A stretch of 64,000 nt of DNA, from positions 224,001-288,000 of the IMG/VR virus record IMGVR_UViG_3300047469_000103. One strand, written 5' to 3'. This document shows, in pieces, positions 46,601 to 55,787 of this stretch (positions are counted from its first letter, which is position 1; the number at the start of each line of letters is the position of its first letter). This DNA is from a virus. Taxonomy: Duplodnaviria > Caudoviricetes. Below the pieces are notes generated by a model that saw only the letters and a list, made by a program, of their open reading frames with translations, had not been told where the DNA came from and did not search any database. The position numbers were made by a program, and so were the translations under genes.

Positions 46601-47725
46601 GTGAAGCCCGTGTTTAAAGACATTGCTACCAAAATAAGGGCCGATAGAAGGTTCGCACATGTGGAATCCCACATTGGCAAAGTCTATGCACAGGTAATGG
46701 ATTCTCAAATCTTTACGCCGAATGGACGCGGGCCAGAATATCGACCATCCTCATTTCCGATTTGCCCTGTACTCGTGCATATGCAATTCATTAAAGCCGC
46801 ACGCGATGGCTATTATGAAAGCAACATGTTTGCAGGCGGTGGATATTTCACGACTGTCGGAACAGCAGCACACGAAAACATTCAGTATTATTTCGGCCAG
46901 ACAAAGAAAACGTTTGGTGACTGGAAATGTCGCAACAACAAATGTCAACGGCACCACGACGCCCGCGATCTTTACGATGAAATGGGCAAGATTTACCGGC
47001 CCGGAATTCTCACAGCGAAAAACACGACAGACAATTTGTGTCCGACGTGCAAGGTCGCGTGTGAGTATGTCGAGAAGTGCATTAATTACAACGGCCTGAA
47101 AGGACACATCGACTGCATTTATGAAATGCCGGACGGTTCCTATTGGGTCATGGACTACAAGACCAGTACGAAAGGGCAAATCAAAGGAAACAAATTGCCG
47201 AAGCGCGAACACTTGATGCAGGTTCCTACATACTGCTATGTGTTGGAAAAGAAATACGGAATGAAAATTTCTGGTTTCTCGCTGCTGTACTTGAGTCGCG
47301 ACAACCCTTACGAATATCGGGAGTACGCCGAACAGTGGGGGCCACGCCGTCGCAACGAAATCAAGGAACTGATTAAGTCGCAGAAGAAAATCTACCGGGC
47401 TGCTGTGAACTCGTTCATTCAGAACAAACCGGAAATCGCAATGAAATGCAAACCGTGCCAAGTGCCGGACGATTACGAACGCCTCATGCCTGCTTACGAA
47501 AAATGCCCGATGGAAAAGGTGTGTTTCAACAAGCGCGATCTTAAAGACAATATGCTGCACGCGTTGAAGCCAGCCGAGCTTATCAAAGTTCTAGACCTGA
47601 CAAACAACATGCGGAATTATGTCGAAGACGAAGACATGCCGGTCGTGAAGAAAATTGCGAAGAAAAAGAAAACGCTCGATCCAATCAAGTCGGCCAAGAA
47701 GCCTAAGAGGATTGCCAAGAAATGA
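46601..47725 (+). CDS. Cas4-like PD-(D/E)XK exonuclease
   Basis: PSSFPICP, GHIDCI...VMDYKTS, QVPTY, CKPC...CPMEKVC Fe-S-type Cys pattern; start could be GTG 46610. Confidence 0.85.
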   Translation: MKPVFKDIATKIRADRRFAHVESHIGKVYAQVMDSQIFTPNGRGPEYRPSSFPICPVLVHMQFIKAARDGYYESNMFAGGGYFTTVGTAAHENIQYYFGQTKKTFGDWKCRNNKCQRHHDARDLYDEMGKIYRPGILTAKNTTDNLCPTCKVACEYVEKCINYNGLKGHIDCIYEMPDGSYWVMDYKTSTKGQIKGNKLPKREHLMQVPTYCYVLEKKYGMKISGFSLLYLSRDNPYEYREYAEQWGPRRRNEIKELIKSQKKIYRAAVNSFIQNKPEIAMKCKPCQVPDDYERLMPAYEKCPMEKVCFNKRDLKDNMLHALKPAELIKVLDLTNNMRNYVEDEDMPVVKKIAKKKKTLDPIKSAKKPKRIAKK

Positions 47726-48417
47726 GAATCAAATTAAACCTTAACGAAACCAGCACGGCAGGCAGTGTGTACAGCACGCCGAGCATGGAAAGTGCAGAGC
47801 AACAGGAACCGTCAGACGAAGAACTGGCGATTCGCGATACCGAAGAAAAAGAACGCGAAGCACAAGAAGCAGAAAAAGCGCGTAAAGACGCTGCGAAAAA
47901 AGCAGCAGAAGACGCGAAGAAAGTTCCTAAAACTCCAAAGGAGAGTGGCGAAGATGCTAGCGGCGATACGGGCGATGGCGATGATGACGATTCTGGAGGT
48001 GAAGACGACGCCTCCGACGATTCCGATGATTCTGCTGATGACGAAACTTCGGACGACGAAAGTGCAGACGATGAAGAAGATTTAGGCGACGAAGAAGAGG
48101 ACGAAGGCGACGAAGAGGAGGAAGAGGAAGACGAAGAAGCAACCGCTTCCGCACTTCCATATCCTGACGCGCAAAAAGCTGTTCCAGATTTGCCAATCCT
48201 TCCGCTTAAAGAAGTACCGGCTGATCCTGAAGCAGAAGAGGAAAATCTCAACGCCGACGATAACACCGCATCGAATTTGAAAAATACCCCGGACGATCCA
48301 AACGTAAAAGATGGGGATAACAAAATCGAAGCGACAATCGAAGCCGTTGCCTCTGCATATTCGGAACGCCAAGCAATTCGCTCAGCGCTGCCGTACCCGG
48401 ACGCGTGGAAAGCGTGA
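47722..48417 (+). CDS. highly acidic low-complexity protein
   Basis: D/E-rich 231 aa with two SALPYPDA motifs. Confidence 0.8.
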   Translation: MRIKLNLNETSTAGSVYSTPSMESAEQQEPSDEELAIRDTEEKEREAQEAEKARKDAAKKAAEDAKKVPKTPKESGEDASGDTGDGDDDDSGGEDDASDDSDDSADDETSDDESADDEEDLGDEEEDEGDEEEEEEDEEATASALPYPDAQKAVPDLPILPLKEVPADPEAEEENLNADDNTASNLKNTPDDPNVKDGDNKIEATIEAVASAYSERQAIRSALPYPDAWKA

Positions 48418-48863
48418 TTCAAACAAACCGCATTCAGAGCAATCTGTTTGCGGTTTTTTCGTATGGATTCAAATACTGTAAATATACGCAAACGACTAGG
48501 AGTATTCCCTTTATGCTGACTGACGTAATCAACGGAATCGACATTAACGGCGATAACAATACCCGTGCGAAGTTTGCGAACACGGTCGCCACATTCAAGG
48601 TAGACAAGCGCCTGTTTACCAAAGAATATAAATTCGAACATCACAAAGTCGTATCGCTTCACGGCAAACGTTTTCTTGCCTGTGTAAAGCGTGGCGATTA
48701 TGCAATGCTGGTCGAAGCCAACGCCGATGCAGAACAAATCATTGTCTGTGCGGAAATGGATTCGTCAATTTATTCCGATGCAATGGCCGAAGCGCTGGCG
48801 CAAATCAAAATGCACGTGTTCCTGACGCGCAAGCCGACGAAAAAAGAAGCGGTTGCTGTATGA
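48414..48863 (+). CDS. hypothetical protein
   Basis: GTG 48414 in GTGA overlap. Confidence 0.7.
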   Translation: MIQTNRIQSNLFAVFSYGFKYCKYTQTTRSIPFMLTDVINGIDINGDNNTRAKFANTVATFKVDKRLFTKEYKFEHHKVVSLHGKRFLACVKRGDYAMLVEANADAEQIIVCAEMDSSIYSDAMAEALAQIKMHVFLTRKPTKKEAVAV

Positions 48864-49111
48864 GCGTCCCACCGGCTAAAGAGCTTCCTGATTTCTGTGG
48901 CTGCAATCGTGATTTTGTATTTCGTCATTTGTTTTACACGGAAAGCCACCAACCGAGCAGCGGGGAAGTGCGATGCTACACGTGCGGACGAATGAAGAAA
49001 ATTGATTACGGTTTTCATTGGGAAGTTAGAGGCTACTGGAAACACGAAAGTTTCGGCAACGGAACGTGGCCTATTCCCGATGACGTGCTGGCAAAACTGG
49101 AGGCATCATGA
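48860..49111 (+). CDS. small Cys-containing hypothetical protein
   Basis: FCGCNR...CYTCGR. Confidence 0.65.
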   Translation: MSVPPAKELPDFCGCNRDFVFRHLFYTESHQPSSGEVRCYTCGRMKKIDYGFHWEVRGYWKHESFGNGTWPIPDDVLAKLEAS

Positions 49112-49518
49112 GTTTCATGAAATCACCGGTTAAAAATCCCACCTATCGCAACCTGCTTATGTATCGCGGTGAAATTCTGGAAGTGCATACGTTCACGCTT
49201 GAGCCGCCTGATTCGAAAAAGAGTCGGTACAGTGCGTTAGTCAGCATGCAATGGTTTCAGGATCGCGAATTGGAATTGCGCTACGGCGATAAACCGAAAA
49301 AGATTCTGCCACCATTTTACGTGGGACTGTTTGAACACAAATATTTCTTCGACAAGATGGAAGACTCCCGACGCAAACGGTGGTACGAACGCGGCGAAGA
49401 ACCGGAAGACCTGTGGGCCGAGTATCCGCATTTCCACCATGAATCATTGTGGGATTTTTACACGGCAATCGGTTACGACTATAAAGCGAAACGCTGGATT
49501 CGTGAGGAACCCAAATGA
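49108..49518 (+). CDS. hypothetical protein
   Basis: 136 aa; GGAGG SD; ATGA coupled. Confidence 0.7.
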   Translation: MSFMKSPVKNPTYRNLLMYRGEILEVHTFTLEPPDSKKSRYSALVSMQWFQDRELELRYGDKPKKILPPFYVGLFEHKYFFDKMEDSRRKRWYERGEEPEDLWAEYPHFHHESLWDFYTAIGYDYKAKRWIREEPK

Positions 49519-49778
49519 ATTTCGAAAAGCTTCAGGTTCACCCGGATAACGCCCCGGCCTATATGGTCATGGACGACGAAGGCCGAGCGGCTGCGCGTGC
49601 GGATTTCATTGCAACGCTGCGACCACAAGAAGCGAATATTCACGTCAGCGAATTCAGCGGTGCAGTCACCTATCCGGCGCTGGTGATTTACGAATACGTG
49701 GACGGCCCGACGTTCGTCAGTGAATACGTTTATGCTTTTGCGGACATTCGAAAATCCGCACTCAAATTGAGAAAATAA
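49515..49778 (+). CDS. hypothetical protein
   Basis: 87 aa; GAGG SD. Confidence 0.7.
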   Translation: MNFEKLQVHPDNAPAYMVMDDEGRAAARADFIATLRPQEANIHVSEFSGAVTYPALVIYEYVDGPTFVSEYVYAFADIRKSALKLRK

Positions 49779-49781
49779 CCA

Positions 49782-51851
49782 ATGGCAGTCGCGAAGAAAA
49801 AACCAGTCGAGGAAAAGGTTACAAAGAAAAAACCTCTCGCTGAAGCTGTAGGCAAAACGGTCAAAAAGAAATCCGCAAGTCAAGACGGTTTCCAGATTCT
49901 GGAAGGCTTGATGGGCGTTCGTCACAACCCGACAATGTATCTCGGTGAACTAGGCCCGTCGATGGCCTATCGCTGTATCAAAGAGGCCGTGGACAACGCC
50001 TACGATGAACACATTGCAGGGCGTAACTCTGTAATCGAAGTGATCGTCGATTATGACAACGGAATTTATATCATCGCTGACCAAGCGGGCGGTATTCCGA
50101 CAGACTTCAAAAAGCTGGAAAACGGCGACAAAATTTCCATCATGACTGCGGCCTACACGAAGACGCACGCAGGCGCCAAGTTCAACGACAAGGCGTATAA
50201 AACTTCGGCAGGTACGCACGGTATCGGTATGGCTGCGGTAATGGCCGTCTGCGAAGAAATGCGCGCTTGGACAACGTACAAAGGCAAACTGCATTTCCAG
50301 AAATACGGCAAAGGTAAAATCACTTCGAAAGGTGAACACCCGCTGCCTGTGAAAGCCGTCGATAAAGACGTGATGCCGCACCTGAAAGACAAGCTGAAAA
50401 AATACGGCACAATCGTTGCGCTGAAATTGGATCAAGAAGTTGTATCCGAAGACAGCCGCCGTGGCAAAGCACTGCCGAAGAATTTCCGCAAAGCAGAACC
50501 GGTTGCCGCTGACGTGCAATCGTGGTTGCAGAACGTGGCAATGCTTAACCCCGGTCTGGAAATTCGTTTCGCACAAATTCGCAACAAGAAACGTGAAGAC
50601 CACGTTTTCATGAACAAAAAGGATTTGGCATATGTACCGAAATACATGTGCGATATCCGCGAACTTTCCGCACAAGGGAAACCGTTCACGTTCAAGACCG
50701 ACAACATCACCTGTGCCATTGTTTGGTCTGACCATACCGACGCAGATAATTTCCTGACATTCGTGAACACTTCGCCAACGGCTGACGGCGGCTGGCACGT
50801 GACAGGATTTACCGCTGCACTTTCCGCCGCGCTGAAGAAATTCATGCCAGCGCCGAAGAAAGGTCAGAAAGGTCAAGGTTTTACCGGTTCGGATTTGCTC
50901 ACGGGTTTGACCGGCATGTTCGACTGGCGTATGCACGGCGCACAGTACACGTCTCAGGTTAAAGACAAACTCGCATCGAAAGTAGACAAAGAAGTTTACG
51001 ACGCGTTGCTGCCTGAATTGGAAAAGTATTTCGACACGAACAAATCGGTCGGAAAAAACATCATCAAACGTGCGCAGGTTCTTAACAAAGGCCGACTGGA
51101 ACTGGCTGCTGTCGTTAAGTCGATGGCTGACGTGAAGAAAAAGAAAAACGGTTCTGCTCTCCCGGCTGCGCTCGCTGCTGCACCGAAATGCAAACCGCAC
51201 GAACGTGAATTGTTTATCGTGGAAGGTGACTCGGCAAAAGGCCCGTCTGTTAACTCCCGCGACGTTTACAATCAGGAAGTAATGGCCGCGTCTGGTAAGC
51301 CACTTAACGCCCTGAAAGCACCGCTTGCAAAAGTTCTCGCCCACAAAGAAATCGGCAACATGCTTATTTCTCTCGGCGCGGATTTGAAGACGCTTGATCC
51401 GAAAGCAGAAAACCCGATTATCAGCGTGGATAAACTCCGCGTTGCAAACATCATTTTCCTAGTTGACCCTGACCCGGACGGCGGACACATTGCCGTACTG
51501 TTCATGGCGGCGCTGTGGCGTTTGATGCCTGATCTTTTCCGTCAAGGTCGTGTGTGGTGTGTGCAGGCTCCGCTTTATGCTGCGCTGCATGATAAACGCA
51601 TTTATGGTGCAATGACTTTCACCGAATGCCGCACCCTCGCACCAAAAGCTGTAAAGGATAAGGACATTGTTCGTATCAAAGGTTGGGGAGAAGTAAACGA
51701 AGATTACGTCGGCCCAATTGCATTCGATCCGAAGCAGCGCAAGCTTATTCGAATTGACGCATTTTCCAGTGTCGAACATGAGAAATTTTTCCGTGGCGTT
51801 GTGGCAGAAGATGCCGTACACCGTCGCCGTCTGCTGGGGCTTGAAGACTGA
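49782..51851 (+). CDS. gyrB: type IIA topoisomerase ATPase/TOPRIM subunit (GyrB/ParE-like)
   Basis: EGLMGVRHNPTMYLG, KEAVDNAYDE, HAGAKF, GTHGIG, FIVEGDSA, DPDPDGGHI. Confidence 0.95.
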   Translation: MAVAKKKPVEEKVTKKKPLAEAVGKTVKKKSASQDGFQILEGLMGVRHNPTMYLGELGPSMAYRCIKEAVDNAYDEHIAGRNSVIEVIVDYDNGIYIIADQAGGIPTDFKKLENGDKISIMTAAYTKTHAGAKFNDKAYKTSAGTHGIGMAAVMAVCEEMRAWTTYKGKLHFQKYGKGKITSKGEHPLPVKAVDKDVMPHLKDKLKKYGTIVALKLDQEVVSEDSRRGKALPKNFRKAEPVAADVQSWLQNVAMLNPGLEIRFAQIRNKKREDHVFMNKKDLAYVPKYMCDIRELSAQGKPFTFKTDNITCAIVWSDHTDADNFLTFVNTSPTADGGWHVTGFTAALSAALKKFMPAPKKGQKGQGFTGSDLLTGLTGMFDWRMHGAQYTSQVKDKLASKVDKEVYDALLPELEKYFDTNKSVGKNIIKRAQVLNKGRLELAAVVKSMADVKKKKNGSALPAALAAAPKCKPHERELFIVEGDSAKGPSVNSRDVYNQEVMAASGKPLNALKAPLAKVLAHKEIGNMLISLGADLKTLDPKAENPIISVDKLRVANIIFLVDPDPDGGHIAVLFMAALWRLMPDLFRQGRVWCVQAPLYAALHDKRIYGAMTFTECRTLAPKAVKDKDIVRIKGWGEVNEDYVGPIAFDPKQRKLIRIDAFSSVEHEKFFRGVVAEDAVHRRRLLGLED

Positions 51852-53500
51852 TGGCTGCTAAAAAACCAGAACCGAAAAAGGGAGTCGCCAAAAAGGCGGC
51901 TTCCAAAGCTGTAGTTAAATCGAAATCGAAAAGCGTTACGAAGGCGCCGACCACTCGTGACAAAATGCTGGAAGCGGGATTGCAATTCATTACGGAATCC
52001 ATGTACCCGCTGAAAGCAAACAGCGTAATCGAACAAGGGCTGGACGTTTACACGCGTGACGCTCTGAAAGTTTATGGTTCGTATGTGGTTGAACAGCGAG
52101 CGGTAGCGGATTTCCGCGACGGCATGAAACCTGTTCACCGTGCGGTTTTGTGGTCGATGGCTGGACTCGGTTTGCGTCCGTCTGCTGGTCATAAAAAATC
52201 TGCACGAACTGTTGGTGATGCAATCGGTAAATATCACCCGCACGGCGATAGCGCTGCGTATGAAGCGATGGTGACAATTACAAACACGGTGCCGCCGTTC
52301 GTTGATGGTCGCGGTGGTTTCGGTTCGCCTGATACCCCTGCTTCTGCTGCGCGATACACCGAAGCGAAAATGTCGAAATTCGCTCACACGTTTTTGCTTG
52401 ATCCCGATTACCTGAAAGTTGTTCCTTACGAACAGAACTTTTCAAACGACGATCAATTGCCGCTGTACCTTCCTGCACTTTTGCCAGCGTTGCTTTTCGT
52501 GACCAACATCCCGGCCCCGGCCTACGGTGTTAAAGCGGGCAACCCTGCATTCAGCATGCCGACTGTTGCGAAAGTAATTGTCGATATGTTGAAGGGCAAA
52601 ACGTACACCGCGCAAAAACTCAGCGATTCGTTGAAAATTTATCACCCGTATGGATGCCTCGATGTTTCGAAAGATTCTGATATCGAACAGTTGATGGCAA
52701 CCGGTGCTGGTAAAGTCAGTTATGCACCGCTGACAAAATACGATGAACCGAAGCGCACGATCTACCTGCAATCGTTTGTGCCGACCACGCTGTCTGGTAC
52801 AGAAAGCATCGACAAAACCCTGAATAAAATTCTCGATCTGGACGGCGTGAAAAACGCATACAACTCGCCCGGTAAAAAGAATAAGAACGCGGGGCCATTC
52901 GGTGCGCTGTGTGAAATCAATGCGCAGAAGAACACGACCGACGAACGCTTCGACGAAATCTGCCACTCGGTAGACAACATCGTTAAATCGTCCGTGCATT
53001 ATCGACTGGGCGTGACCATCCGTAAAAAAGATGCACCGAACGAATTCCGTTATCTGGACTACGTGACGTACTTCAACGCGTGGATCAAATATCGCATCAA
53101 ACTGGAAGAGCGCCTGATTGCCTACAAGCTGAAAAGCATTGGCGAGCAATTGCACTTGCAGGAAGTCTATCTGTTCGCTGTACAGAACATGAAAGAACTT
53201 CTGAAGATTTTGCCGAAAGCACTCGCGGCAAAAGACCCGGAAGCAGTCTTGGCGAAGGCGTTGAAAATGCCGGTCGAAGACGCAGCAATTATTCTGGATC
53301 GAAAAATCCGTCAATTGGCTGCAATGGAAGCTGACGCCCTGAAAGAAAAAATCAAAGGGTTGAAAGCCGATATCAAAACCTTGCTCACTGAGCAAAAGAA
53401 TCCGGGGGAACGGGCTGCACGCGATACCGAAGCACGCGTGAAAGCCTACTTGAAAAAACCAGACCCAACCCAACCGGGATTGCCAGTCAACCCCGAATAA
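51851..53500 (+). CDS. gyrA: type IIA topoisomerase breakage-reunion subunit (GyrA/ParC-like, no C-terminal pinwheel)
   Basis: RDGMKPVHRAVL, GKYHPHGD, catalytic AARYTE. Confidence 0.95.
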   Translation: MAAKKPEPKKGVAKKAASKAVVKSKSKSVTKAPTTRDKMLEAGLQFITESMYPLKANSVIEQGLDVYTRDALKVYGSYVVEQRAVADFRDGMKPVHRAVLWSMAGLGLRPSAGHKKSARTVGDAIGKYHPHGDSAAYEAMVTITNTVPPFVDGRGGFGSPDTPASAARYTEAKMSKFAHTFLLDPDYLKVVPYEQNFSNDDQLPLYLPALLPALLFVTNIPAPAYGVKAGNPAFSMPTVAKVIVDMLKGKTYTAQKLSDSLKIYHPYGCLDVSKDSDIEQLMATGAGKVSYAPLTKYDEPKRTIYLQSFVPTTLSGTESIDKTLNKILDLDGVKNAYNSPGKKNKNAGPFGALCEINAQKNTTDERFDEICHSVDNIVKSSVHYRLGVTIRKKDAPNEFRYLDYVTYFNAWIKYRIKLEERLIAYKLKSIGEQLHLQEVYLFAVQNMKELLKILPKALAAKDPEAVLAKALKMPVEDAAIILDRKIRQLAAMEADALKEKIKGLKADIKTLLTEQKNPGERAARDTEARVKAYLKKPDPTQPGLPVNPE

Positions 53501-53513
53501 CCCGGAGAACAAA

Positions 53514-54053
53514 ATGGACGAAACGCCAATCGTTGAAATCGAAGAGCCGGAAGAGATTTACGTCCACGGCTCGCCTGTGAAATTCAACACGAAAGTTTAC
53601 TGCTTTATGCGTAGCTTCCATCTGCCGATTCTGGAAGATCAGGAATTGCCGCTGCAAGATACGTGGTTCATGGTTCCGGCTGTGCAGCACGGGCCAATGA
53701 TTACGCTTGCAAATCCCAACATCGAATTGACCGCTTTGATGATGATCGACCAGAACGGCCTTGTGGTAAAAGCGCATCGTGTGAATCCGCACATTACGCC
53801 GCCACTCGGCAACTTCGAACTCGACATGATGAAAAAAGAAGCGTTCGATATTTCCGTGTGGGAAAAAGCAAAGCAGCAGTCTTTCCCTTACGAAACCATG
53901 TTCGACAAAAGCGCTGTAGCCGCTCGTTACCGCGATGCGAAAGCCACGCCAGCAATGGCGATGAACATCGAATCGTCGAACATCACGTACCAAACAATTC
54001 GCAAGAAAATTCAACCGAAACCATGCACCACCTGCGGGGGCCGTAACAAATGA
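53514..54053 (+). CDS. hypothetical protein
   Basis: 179 aa; GGAG SD; C-terminal CTTCGG. Confidence 0.75.
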   Translation: MDETPIVEIEEPEEIYVHGSPVKFNTKVYCFMRSFHLPILEDQELPLQDTWFMVPAVQHGPMITLANPNIELTALMMIDQNGLVVKAHRVNPHITPPLGNFELDMMKKEAFDISVWEKAKQQSFPYETMFDKSAVAARYRDAKATPAMAMNIESSNITYQTIRKKIQPKPCTTCGGRNK

Positions 54054-54556
54054 GTGCCGTACTAAAAGAAGGCGTACAAGATTTCGTAGACCTTACGCCT
54101 TACGACGTGTTGCGTCGGGAATTACAAACCGACGTAATTACTTACGGCGCAATTCACGCAGCATTCGTGAGCAAGTGCGTACCGCATATGGTCGTGGCCC
54201 GCGTGCATTTCACTCTGCCTCAATTGAAAAACGGTGAAATGCCGTTTGCCGATACGGTAATGAGCGAAGCCACGGTTGAACGTGCCTACATCGAAGGCGC
54301 TGCTGTTTGTAATTTCGTGGATAATGTTCTGGCTCAAGAACATCCGATGGATAAACGTTTCCTTTTGCGTTACATGGAACAGCTTTGCATTCGTTACGGC
54401 AAAAGCAACGACCGTGCAATTGGATTCGGTCACGACATTATCTACAGCCGTGAAGAGCCTATCGCCGGTTTCTACAAAGCGTTTGATAATACTTTGTACA
54501 TTCCGCCACTGACTGGTCACTGGGCAATTGCGTCGAAAGGCAGCGCCCGCGACTAA
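54050..54556 (+). CDS. hypothetical protein
   Basis: 168 aa; ATGA coupled. Confidence 0.7.
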   Translation: MSAVLKEGVQDFVDLTPYDVLRRELQTDVITYGAIHAAFVSKCVPHMVVARVHFTLPQLKNGEMPFADTVMSEATVERAYIEGAAVCNFVDNVLAQEHPMDKRFLLRYMEQLCIRYGKSNDRAIGFGHDIIYSREEPIAGFYKAFDNTLYIPPLTGHWAIASKGSARD

Positions 54557-54557
54557 A

Positions 54558-54596
54558 ACTGTAAAGAAAAGGCGAGCGCACATTGTTCTCGCCTAC
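54558..54596 (+). promoter_or_regulatory. ACTGTAAA element followed by an AGGCGAG/CTCGCCT hairpin
   Basis: Motif at 54558-54565; 7-bp stem with 11-nt loop then ACTTT. Confidence 0.45.
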
Positions 54597-54614
54597 TTTC
54601 TCGGATGAAATGAA

Positions 54615-54917
54615 ATGGAACAGAATCTCGAACTGCACAGCCTCATGACCGACATGCAAATCGGCTATTACATGGCGTTGAAATACAACAGCGAGACGGG
54701 CAAACCGACCAACGTAAAGGAAGCGGTTGCTGTGCTGAAACAGATTGCAAAAAACGCAATCGTGAACAAACGCATTCCGCGTTCGCTGTTCATGTATGCA
54801 AAAGTATTCCTACTGTCAGAAGACCCGATGGCCGTTGTAGAACGCGCTTATCAAGTCTACTGCCAAGAAAACCCGGAAGAGGTCGAAGGCGATGGAACTT
54901 TGGCTATGCAAGCGTAA
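54615..54917 (+). CDS. hypothetical protein
   Basis: 100 aa ORF. Confidence 0.7.
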   Translation: MEQNLELHSLMTDMQIGYYMALKYNSETGKPTNVKEAVAVLKQIAKNAIVNKRIPRSLFMYAKVFLLSEDPMAVVERAYQVYCQENPEEVEGDGTLAMQA

Positions 54918-55359
54918 CGAATTCGGTTTGCTGAAAGACGGTAGAATGATTTCGTTTTTCCGTGTGAATAATCCACACCAGCCAATCGAAACGCTGGAGT
55001 ACATGAGCGGCAAGGCGAAAACCACGGCCCGAGCTTTCATCGACGACCTTGTGACAAAACACGGCATGTTGAAAGCGATGGTCAGCAACTGCGCATTGCC
55101 GCCGTCGAAAAACGAATGTGTTTACGTGCATGACTTTGGCGAAATTCATTCGGTGCGATTATTGAGCATGGTGTCGGGACACAAGCTGCTGACATTTCTT
55201 GCGAAAGTGAACGAAGAAAATGCCTACGTGCAATTCTTTGTACGCAATCACAGAAACCGTCTGACTGTTCGTTGTCGGGCACGCACAAACATTCATCAGT
55301 TCGCCACTGACGAACGGGACGCCGGGAACTATTTGGGTTTCCTAATTTTTGAACACTAA
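54892..55359 (+). CDS. hypothetical protein
   Basis: 155 aa ORF; start uncertain. Confidence 0.65.
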   Translation: MELWLCKRNEFGLLKDGRMISFFRVNNPHQPIETLEYMSGKAKTTARAFIDDLVTKHGMLKAMVSNCALPPSKNECVYVHDFGEIHSVRLLSMVSGHKLLTFLAKVNEENAYVQFFVRNHRNRLTVRCRARTNIHQFATDERDAGNYLGFLIFEH

Positions 55360-55367
55360 GGTGACGC

Positions 55368-55787
55368 ATGGACAAGCGCATATACGGAACCGTTAATCGC
55401 ACGCAGAAAGGCGAAACGTTTTTGCAGTCCGTCACAGTGGAAGGGCCGGGAGCGCAGCAATTACTTGTGCGCCTTTTCCGTGATAGAAATCCAATGCACT
55501 TTGTTGTGCGTGGCGGAATGACTGCGCTGGTGCGTCAAGACCTTGCGTATGAAACGCTGGATGAAATACTTAACCAGATGGGCACGAAAAAGGCTGTGAT
55601 AGGCGAGCATAACGAAATGATTTTCGTAATTGTTTCTTATGCAAAAGGTCGGCTGTGTGAAAGCCTGATCCGTAGCGCCCGCACCCTGCGCACAATCAAA
55701 GCGCCTGTACGATTAATCGAGTCCGAAAAAGATTTGATAAACGCGCCCGTCTCTTATCAACCGACACGCGTCTATAAGGACGACTAA
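55368..55787 (+). CDS. hypothetical protein
   Basis: 139 aa; AAGGTG SD. Confidence 0.7.
   Translation: MDKRIYGTVNRTQKGETFLQSVTVEGPGAQQLLVRLFRDRNPMHFVVRGGMTALVRQDLAYETLDEILNQMGTKKAVIGEHNEMIFVIVSYAKGRLCESLIRSARTLRTIKAPVRLIESEKDLINAPVSYQPTRVYKDD

Noticed and set aside
46601-47725. CRISPR-Cas locus suggested by the Cas4-like gene
   Set aside because: No repeat-spacer array and no other cas genes in the window; solo Cas4-like nucleases are common in phages.
3341-53500. Inteins or introns in polA, SNF2, primase or topoisomerase genes
   Set aside because: Conserved motifs are contiguous at expected spacing; no C/S...HN junctions or LAGLIDADG blocks noticed.
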